NCBI GenBank assembly: GCA_033442325.1
Contig: JAWQFM010000032.1
Coordinates: 637,643-651,620, forward strand
Source: Salpingoeca rosetta
Taxonomy: Eukaryota; Protista; Choanoflagellata
DNA: 13,978 bases
Direction of reading: 5' to 3'
Shown here: piece by piece, positions 1 to 12,330 of the stretch
Numbering within the stretch: position 1 is the stretch's first letter
Layout of the letters: every line of letters starts with the position of its first letter
Notes under the pieces: generated by a model
What the model saw: the letters and a program-made list of their open reading frames with translations, nothing else
Told to the model about the DNA's origin: nothing
Database searches by the model: none
Made by a program: the position numbers and the translations under genes

Positions 1-408
1 CATGCCCAGGTTCAGGGATTCAGCATGAACTTTACTGTCCGGTTCTTTTAGTCCCGACTGTGCACTTTGCTGGGATGTCGATCGTGCTACTCACATACCT
101 CGGCAGACGTATCTGCAGATCGTATCGCCACCCTTTACCCTCCGCCGCTGTCGTCTGGGGTAGCAAGGCGGAGGGACGCCGGCACGTCGATTATTTATTT
201 CGTTAGCTAACTATATGGATCCATCACGCTCGGATACATGGTACTAAGCAAAAGCAACTATTGTCACTCCGGCGTGATCTACTTATGTACTATCAGCTCT
301 CTCCTCCACGGACCCACTCGTCCTTTTCTCGCATCACAATCCCTCCCCATCGCTACCCGCCCCCTTTTGTCCGTCCCCCCACTCACGCGGTCGCGTCTGT
401 GGACGCTC

Positions 409-441
<33 letters not shown>

Positions 442-502
442 CAAGTGTACACATCGAAAGTTCAGCCCGCCCCCCCCCCACACACACGTGCACACAGCTT
501 AC

Positions 503-2361
503 CAGCTCGTCCCAGAGGCAGTCGCGGTTCTCGACAAAGTGCTCGTTGCGCTGCTGGAAAACGCGGAGAACACCACCAGGGGGCAGCACGTGCGCACTGA
601 TGCAATCAGTGGATGGACGGGCATTGGAGGCGATCAAGAGAGAGAGAAATGGGGGGGGGGAGGGTGTAAGTAAATGCAGACTATGTACATTGGGGGTGTG
701 CGCCTGGGTGACGAGAATGCATCAAACACACACACACACACACACACATTCACACACACACACATTCACACACACACACACACACACACATCTTCACACC
801 TGAATTCGAGGGTTGAGATGAGGTCGTTGTCGGCGCTTGCAGTCAGCGCCCAGCCGTCAATGTCAACACTGCTCGTCTTGGACGGATTGGCGACGAGCAG
901 ACACTCCACCTTCGTGTCGACATCACGCAGCTCCAGTCTGCCGGGGCCACCACTGCTGGCATCGCTTTTGTCGCTTTCAACGGGTGCGGTGGTCGCCTGC
1001 GTCCTTGGGGCGGGCGTGCCTGCAGGCAAGGACAGCCTCGTGGGCGTTGCCTTCTTCTTCTTTGGGCGCGGCGGGCGCTGGATGGAGTTGAGCAGGCGTC
1101 GGTACTCGTCAATCTCAGCATCCAGCCACAACCTGACATCGAGAAGACGACGACGTGAGGTGTGTGTTGTGTATGCGTGTGCATGTGCGTGCGTGCGTGT
1201 GCGTGTGCATGTGTGTGTGTGTGCACGTGTGTGTGTGTGTGTGTGTTTGTGTTGCTGCGACAAATACGACGGCACACATCTCCTCCTCCCCCCCGCTTCA
1301 CTCCAGCTCCCAATCTCCCACCGTTCATCGAGAAGATCGGCGTATTTCTTCTCGTTTGCGCGTATGTGCGCAGTGAGAGCAGCAATCCGCTCCTCTGGAG
1401 AGATGCAGCAGCAACACGTGGACATTGCGAAAGCGGGGTCGTGCATGTGCGAGGTGTGAAGTGATTGAAAGACGAGAACTAAAGTCCAGCATGTACAAAC
1501 ACATTCACACACACACACACATAAGCACGCACACACACACACACACACAAGCACGCGCACACATGAACACACACACACACACACCTTTTGCTTTGATTTC
1601 TGTCGTGTGGTGATGAACGGCATCCTTCATTGACTGGCGTATGGCAGCAACCTCTTGCTTGCATGCATCCACCGTTGCATGCAGGCTCGCGTTTGTTGTG
1701 CTCAGATCCGCCTTTTCTTTCGTCAGGGTAAACACCTGCTGCTTCAGCGCCATCCTCTCCTCCGTGAACCAAGAGCTGCTCATCGCTTGCGGTCCTGCTC
1801 ACACACGTGTATGTGTGTGTATGTGTGTGTATGTGTGTGTATGTGTGTGTGTGTGTAAGTGTGTAAGTGTGTATGTGTGTGTGAGTGCTTTGGCTGCAAG
1901 CAAGCGAGCTAGCGAGTGCAACTCTGTCAAAACCTGCGATTGCATCCTGAGCAATATGCATGTGCACCAAACACATATCACCACGAGCAACACCAGCGTT
2001 ATTTCCACACCTCCCGCCCCAAATCCCCAGTCACGCACCCCTGGCATGTGTTGCGTAGTACTGGCGCAGCTTGTGGCGGTAGGCGTTGGCTGCTGCTTGA
2101 AACTCCTTCTTCACCTCCGCCACAGCAGCATCAATTGTGGTGTCGGGTGCCTGCTTGCTCGCCATCGCCTTTGTGCACGCCTGCAGCTCTTCCTCAAGCG
2201 TCGTCACCTACACACGCGCACACATGCGTGAAGATGAGAGTGTGTGTGCATGTGTGTGTGTGTGCGTGTGTGTGTGTGTGTGTGTGCGTAAATGCGTGGC
2301 GAACCACTGTCGAAAGCTTTCAACGTACACAGACACAGACACAGACACACAGACACACACA

Positions 2362-2398
<37 letters not shown>

Positions 2399-2860
2399 CC
2401 ATGACTACGTGCTGCCATGTCCCCTGACCGTTGTCTCGTGGAGCGACTGCTGGTGATTGAGCTGGTGTTTCAGCGTCACCACTTCCGCCTCTGCCGCAAT
2501 CACACGGCGCTGTGGTGTGGTCACGCACACACACACATGCAAGTGCAAATGTAAGTGTGCAATTGTTGTCCGTGAGCAAACGCGCTCTCGCCTTCCTCAA
2601 ATAAATACGGCACACTTCCGTGACAGGTCATGCAACTACCTCGGCGGCGTGTGCGCGTGCACGTGACTCCTCCAATTCCGCGGTCATGGAAGAGATGGTC
2701 GCCTCTGTCGACGCAAGGCGGGCATCATACGCCTCCTTCTGCTTCTCCAACTCCGTGCGCAGGTCCTGCGTGCATGTGCGTTTGTGTGCATGTGAGAGAT
2801 GGTGTATGTATGCGTGTGTGTGAGCGCAAAAGAAAGCGAGGTGGGATAGTGAAAGGAGGC

Positions 2861-2913
<53 letters not shown>

Positions 2914-3149
2914 ACACCTGTTGGGTGGCAGCACATTCCTCCAGCTGATTGAGGGCCGTGTCCTTCACCTCGACGGCGTTCTCAAACTGTTTCTCAAGCT
3001 GCGATGCCAGTGACTGTAGCCTGTCAATCTACACAAAACCAACAAGGATGGCGACAGTGGTGGCGTGCTGTTGATGAAAAGGAGGCCATCAATGACACGC
3101 AATTGACCTTTGACCTGAACGCAAGCGAGTCAGCCCACTTCCACGCCAC

Positions 3150-3206
<57 letters not shown>

Positions 3207-3552
3207 GTACACATTTGTACCTCTGCTTGCTGCCGTTTCACTTCCTTGCGCAGGCGCTCTTCGTTTGATTTGGATGGCGATGCCGTTGGTGTGGAAGCGA
3301 CCACCGACGTCCGTCGGGATGCCTGCGCAGCGTGCGCATATGTATGTACATGAATAAAGAATAGCACGCGGTCATGTCACGCAAGTGATATGAGCATACA
3401 AGCAACGTGCACCGCAGCCCACCAAACCGCACCTGGAGTGACACGAGCGTGGAGTGTGACGAATAGAGCGCAGATGTCCGTCGAATGTACACCTCTGCAG
3501 TGCGTCCCATCGGGCCGTGAACGAGGCGTCAGCCGGTTCATTCATTCATTCG

Positions 3553-3634
<82 letters not shown>

Positions 3635-3758
3635 ACTGACCAAGGTTGTCGTTGAGCTTCTCCATCTCCTCGCGCTCCTTCATCGTGTTCCGCACGGCAG
3701 CAATCGCAGCATGGCTGCTATTGTTCGCGGCATCAGCACCGCCGTCAAACGATGCCAT
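503..3758 (-). CDS. Second, divergent lamin-like intermediate filament protein ('lamin-2'), paralogue of lamin-1; at least 11 exons (493 codons to position 503), 3' end unresolved
   Basis: Minus-strand GT-AG exons: 3758-3641, 3494-3433, 3322-3221, 3028-2918, 2765-2640, 2509-2429, 2207-2039, 1794-1585, 1394-1322, 1132-800, 596-503; a candidate last exon is 396-334. Coil 1A start is KEREEMEKLNDNLEVYIRR. Rod end is KKYADLLDERLWLDAEIDEYRRLLNS, followed by the NLS PKKKK. The LTD reads GRLELRDVDTKVECLLVANPSKTSSVDIDGWAL...LEFSAHVLPPGGVLRVFQ...DCLW. Exons 3, 4 and 9 have the same lengths (102, 111, 73 nt) and phases as the matching lamin-1 exons. Confidence 0.88.
3556..3632. repeat. (CA)n microsatellite in lamin-2 intron 1; representative of many intronic CA/GT tracts (e.g. 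414-441, 727-790, 2328-2395, 2862-2917, 3151-3204, 9075-9135, 10899-10987)
   Basis: Read directly. Confidence 0.93.
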
Positions 3759-4208
3759 TGCGTGCGTGTGTGTTCACTGGCGAAGCAAACACAAAACACA
3801 AACACACAAACACACACAAACTGCCTTTCTGTCTGTCTGTCGCCTCATTCTTCTCTTTGCTTGCCCCAACCAGCCTGTGTTTCGCTTTTGCGTTTGACAA
3901 GGGCAACCAACATGATGCTTGCACGTGATTGCGTCCTGGGCGCTCGGTCCTCACACACTTGCTTGCATCAGACCCATGTGAAGCCCTTCACTCGCCCACG
4001 TTGCAGCCAGCTTTCATGCTCCCAATGCATTCGCCTCATTCCGACATGCAAATGTCGTCATCGTCCTTGCTGGTCTTTTCATCAACACGCGCAAGACCAG
4101 CACACACACACACAACCATCAACAGAGGTTGTGATGCCCACCACTTCTTTCTTCCCCGAGACACAACCGTAGTGGGAGAGCGTTCGCGTGCCTCGATCTC
4201 CCATCGCC
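3759..4208. promoter_or_regulatory. Short (450 bp) divergent intergenic region between lamin-2 and the 875-aa ORF; probable bidirectional promoter and 5' UTRs
   Basis: Head-to-head start codons at 3758 (-) and 4209 (+). No specific motif identified. Confidence 0.35.
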
Positions 4209-6836
4209 ATGATGCCCATGAGACCGCCATCAAGCAAGGCGATCATGACCACCACCACCACCGATCCCAAGACACAGCCCCGCCACAACGACGACGACGA
4301 CAACGATGTCAAGGGCATGGGCCTGCATGGTGCAGACGCTGGACGAGCACAAGGGTTGGCTGACTTGTTGGAAACGGCTCTGACGGCGATGCGCGCGAGA
4401 TTGCCGCCCCGTTTCTTGCAGCAGCTGGCCGCCCTCGCCGTCCTCGCCACCACGGAGATCAGGACTCCCCAGAACCAGTCAGATCGGCCACAGCAGCGCC
4501 AGCACGGTGTTCACGAAGCAACATGCCTCGAGCACCCCGTGTTTCGCTTCAATGCTGACGACGCAAGCGCCCATCCCGTCGTTTTCCTTGCCCTCGTCTT
4601 CCACGCTGCGGCCGCCACCACCGCCACGGCCTGCACGCAGACGGGCGCCGGCATCCCACCGCACCTACTCCCCATTCTGCACCGCGCGCGCCTCATCCCT
4701 CTCACGCCAGATGCGGGTCGACAGGACGCCTCTGCCGATGGGCGTCAGCTTCGCCGTGTGCCCTGCTGCTTCGGCTGCGACGCACATCGCCGCCTCATGG
4801 AAACGGAGGCACATGCACACCCAGACAAGATCCAGCGCATCGTGGCCATGCCGCAATTCAAGATGACCGACAACGCGGACGAAAACGCAAGCCGGTGGAG
4901 GGCGCTCTGTCGGCCGCGCTTCCTGGCGCTGATGGCCGGCAAGGACGTGCCATCGCCGGCGCCACCTTCACGCCGACACCAGAAGCAGGCGCACCAGGGC
5001 GCTGTGCAACGGGGCGACAGCCCACAACAAGGCGACAGCCATCAGCAGCGAAAGCAGATGCGGGAATGGAAGCAGCACACACGGGCACGGAGCGACCGTA
5101 GCGATGACCTCCCGCAGCCAGATATCCATGGCGACAGCGGCTTCAGGGACAAGGTGGTGTACCGCTCGTCCACCACAATCAGCACCCTCACGGGCACCAA
5201 CGACACAGGGTACCACGCGCGCGACAGCCCGACACTGGCAGCGCGTAGCAGCGATCGCGGTGGCAGGCGTGGCGGTCGTGCCCGTAAGCGCGTCAACGGT
5301 GGTGACCGTCAGCGCCGGGGTGGTGACGGCATTGTCGAGGTTGCCGTTGCCCGCGTCATGACGTGGTGGTACGAAGACCTGCAGCAGACGCACGGCATCA
5401 AGAGCACGGGCCGGCACCCGCACGAGTCCATCCTGCACGGCTATACGGGGGCGCACACGCCGGAGGTGCGCCGGGAGAAGCGGGAGATTGCGCAGCGCCT
5501 GTGCTACAGGGTGTTTGGCTACACGGCCGGCGAGGTGATACCCTTTGAAGCAGATACTCCGGGCCTGAACGAGTTCATCGCGTGCGTGGTGGCCATGGAC
5601 ATGCTTGGGCCCTGGCTCACCGAGGTGCACCTGCTGCACGTGTGCGCGTGCTTGCATGCGTGCATTCCGCTCACCCATCACGGTGCGGGGGACGCCACCA
5701 CGTGCATGGCCGACCTGTACGCCACGTGCGTGCGCATCTGCGACGAGGACCTACCCTTCCTGCAGGTGCTACCGCGGGCTTGTCTCAAGAAGAACATGCG
5801 ACGTATCGTGGAGAGCGGGTGCCACACCGCCGCCCACGTGCACGGGCACATGGCTGCCCAGCGCCCGCACGTGTTCCTGACATACGTGTGGCGGCGGTGG
5901 GTTGAAGAACACACCGCGCTCAGGTGCTCGGACACGTTCACACTCAAGGACTGGATGGACGCGCTTGCGGCGACAACCAGAAGCCTAAGCAGCCTCCTCG
6001 ACAGGATTGACAGCATATTCCCGCGCTTTGGCGGGGTGCGAACGGACGATGAGCAGCGGCGGCTTGAGCGCAGGGCATGGCGCAACATCACGTATGCCCG
6101 CGTGTACATGGGCATGCGTCTCATCACCGCCAGCACCATCCACGCCATGCTGATGCGCGAAGGGGTTGATGTCGATGCAATTTCGCTTCGTGCGCTCGTG
6201 CCGTGCATGATGAGCAGGCCACCATCACCATCACCATCGTTGCATCGTCGCCACCGCCTTTACGGTGGCGCCCGCACCCAACACCACCACGTGCACGACT
6301 ACGACCGGGACTACAATAGTGGTGGTCGTGGTGGTGTCTTTGGTGATGATGGCAGCAGCGACAGCGGGCACATGGATGATGACGGTAACAATGGTGATGA
6401 TGATGACGACGACGACGATGATGATTTGTATGGGGATGATGATTTGTATGGGGATGATGAGCCTGGTGACGTGTGTCGAGAGCGCGTGGAGGCCTTGCTG
6501 CGAAGTGGGTTCAGATGCAGCCGACAAGCACGTCGTCATGGTGGTGGTGGTGGTGGTGGTGGTGGTGGTGAGGAGTCGGGAATGGGCACGGATCGCTCGA
6601 GGCGCTTTGCCAGCCTCCGTGCGTGTGCGCTGAGCGCGCGTGTGCTGCGCAGTGTGGTGGACGACTTTCGGTTCAAGAGGCAAGGGAGTGGGTTCGAGGG
6701 CTGTGTTGAGGTGGGCCTGCGCTATGAACAGGGTAGTGTTGGCTGCAACGCGGTGGTGTCTGCGCTCCCCGATACCGCTGTCACCGCCATCAAGCAGTTT
6801 ATTCGCGAGAGAACCATCTTCTCCGTCAGGCGCTGA
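4209..6836 (+). CDS. Intronless hypothetical protein, 875 aa from the first ATG; Cys/His-rich middle, Asp/Gly low-complexity region, C-terminal F-box-like motif
   Basis: A 2.6 kb uninterrupted ORF with GC-rich third positions and no CA/GT microsatellite. First ATG is in GCCATG context at 4209 (the ORF track starts at a GTG, 4188). TGA at 6834-6836 is followed almost at once by a long (GT)n tract. No family recognised by eye. Confidence 0.72.
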   Translation: MMPMRPPSSKAIMTTTTTDPKTQPRHNDDDDNDVKGMGLHGADAGRAQGLADLLETALTAMRARLPPRFLQQLAALAVLATTEIRTPQNQSDRPQQRQHGVHEATCLEHPVFRFNADDASAHPVVFLALVFHAAAATTATACTQTGAGIPPHLLPILHRARLIPLTPDAGRQDASADGRQLRRVPCCFGCDAHRRLMETEAHAHPDKIQRIVAMPQFKMTDNADENASRWRALCRPRFLALMAGKDVPSPAPPSRRHQKQAHQGAVQRGDSPQQGDSHQQRKQMREWKQHTRARSDRSDDLPQPDIHGDSGFRDKVVYRSSTTISTLTGTNDTGYHARDSPTLAARSSDRGGRRGGRARKRVNGGDRQRRGGDGIVEVAVARVMTWWYEDLQQTHGIKSTGRHPHESILHGYTGAHTPEVRREKREIAQRLCYRVFGYTAGEVIPFEADTPGLNEFIACVVAMDMLGPWLTEVHLLHVCACLHACIPLTHHGAGDATTCMADLYATCVRICDEDLPFLQVLPRACLKKNMRRIVESGCHTAAHVHGHMAAQRPHVFLTYVWRRWVEEHTALRCSDTFTLKDWMDALAATTRSLSSLLDRIDSIFPRFGGVRTDDEQRRLERRAWRNITYARVYMGMRLITASTIHAMLMREGVDVDAISLRALVPCMMSRPPSPSPSLHRRHRLYGGARTQHHHVHDYDRDYNSGGRGGVFGDDGSSDSGHMDDDGNNGDDDDDDDDDDLYGDDDLYGDDEPGDVCRERVEALLRSGFRCSRQARRHGGGGGGGGGGEESGMGTDRSRRFASLRACALSARVLRSVVDDFRFKRQGSGFEGCVEVGLRYEQGSVGCNAVVSALPDTAVTAIKQFIRERTIFSVRR
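6417..6460 (+). repeat. In-frame 18-bp tandem duplication encoding DDDLYG x2 within the acidic tract of the 875-aa ORF
   Basis: GATGATGATTTGTATGGG x2 plus GATGATGA, read directly. Confidence 0.85.
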
Positions 6837-6840
6837 GCGT

Positions 6841-6983
<143 letters not shown>

Positions 6984-7461
6984 CGAGCATGGCTAACAGT
7001 ATTACAGGACGGTAGCTTGTATGGATGGTAGTTTGCTTATTAGCTTGTGTCAGGCAAAGAGTGGATCATAATAATTGCAACAACTCGTCTTCCATCATTT
7101 TGTGTGTACTTTCTGGTGCCGCGCACGTGCGGAGCACAAACAAACAAACACAAAAACAAACGACTGCCACCCACCACTATTAAACGCATCCCGCCAGAAC
7201 ACAGCCACACACGGCCAAGAGCACGAATCACAACCATGCAAGTGCAACATCAACACGGGATCAACAAAGTCAATCAAATGGCAACAACCAACTGTATGAA
7301 ACACGCAGTGAATGAATGAATGCATGAACGGACGAAACAAGCAACAAACCCACCAGCGAGCAGGCCTCAGACCCAACTCGCCCATCATGCCACATACACA
7401 TGCACATGGGACAAGCACAAATACATGTGTGCGCGTGTGTGCGCGCGTGTGTGCGCGCAAC

Positions 7462-11626
<4,165 letters not shown>

Positions 11627-11823
11627 CTCTGTGGTCGCGTGCTTGCTTGCTTTGCTTGGCTGGCTGTGTGTGCGTGGATGCGTGACGAAGATGCGGCTTG
11701 TCTGGCAGTGGCGATAGTGGTTTGTGTGTGTGTGTGTGTGTGTGGTCAGTGGACACTGCAAGAAGCAAGGAAGAAGGAAGAAGGAAGGTGTTTGCCTTTC
11801 TTGCTTTTGTGGCAGCTTCACTA

Positions 11824-11926
11824 TTTTTTTTTTTTGGTTTTTGGCTTTCCGCAACTGATTGGAAAGATCGCTGACTCAGCAACATGGGATGTGGTTGCCA
11901 ATTGCACTTCGGAAGGGTGCAATTGG
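11824..11926 (-). promoter_or_regulatory. Candidate lamin-1 proximal promoter: T12 tract, three CCAAT boxes, AP-1/MARE-like site, 10-bp inverted repeat
   Basis: Located about 200-300 bp upstream of the ATG at 11626. T12 at 11824-11835; CTGATTGG at 11855-11862 (CCAATCAG on the gene strand, the NF-Y consensus); GCTGACTCAGCA at 11870-11881; CCAATTGCAC-N9-GTGCAATTGG at 11898-11926. Confidence 0.45.
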
Positions 11927-11930
11927 TGAA

Positions 11931-11935
11931 GTGTG

Positions 11936-12012
<77 letters not shown>
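11931..12012. repeat. Interrupted (GT)n microsatellite between the lamin-1 promoter and the candidate MULE terminus
   Basis: Read directly; ends sharply at GGGGACAG. Confidence 0.9.
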
Positions 12013-12015
<3 letters not shown>

Positions 12016-12330
12016 GACAGCTCGAAAAGTACACTTTTGAAAATGGAATCTGCCGCATGGACAAAAGGGCTTTGACTTCGCGCCACGCGTGAGTTCAGAT
12101 TGCGTTAAGCTGTGCCCATGCGCTTCTAACGCAACTCCACGCAGCCTCGGAGGCACACGCAAACGGGTTGGGTGGGTTCCACGGCAAACGCTTTCCGCTT
12201 TGCAGGGCTTTCCACATTGCAGGTGCAATTTGCAATTTGCCACACAGGATATGGCGCATCGTGCAAAACCAACCAAGCAAGAAGGACAGTGTGATCGCAT
12301 ACAGTGGCAGTGACAGTGGCAGTGCAAGCC

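Noticed and set aside
1880-1950. Possible extra lamin-2 exon (MQSQVLTELHSLARLLAAKAL) in intron 7
   Set aside because: No suitable donor follows it, and exons 2207-2039 and 1794-1585 join in phase and align with lamin-1 without it.
238-3758. Many ORFs rich in HTHTHT or CVCVCV that look like metal-binding proteins
   Set aside because: (CA)n/(GT)n tracts lack stop codons; these are intronic artefacts. The same applies across 8065-13864.
4968-6208. Antisense ORFs of 237 aa (4968-5681) and 176 aa (5678-6208)
   Set aside because: Expected shadow frames of a GC-rich coding sequence, with no recognisable motifs.
11898-11926. Rho-independent terminator or ncRNA hairpin
   Set aside because: Eukaryotic context, no adjacent U-tract, and position upstream of a gene start; better read as a promoter dyad.
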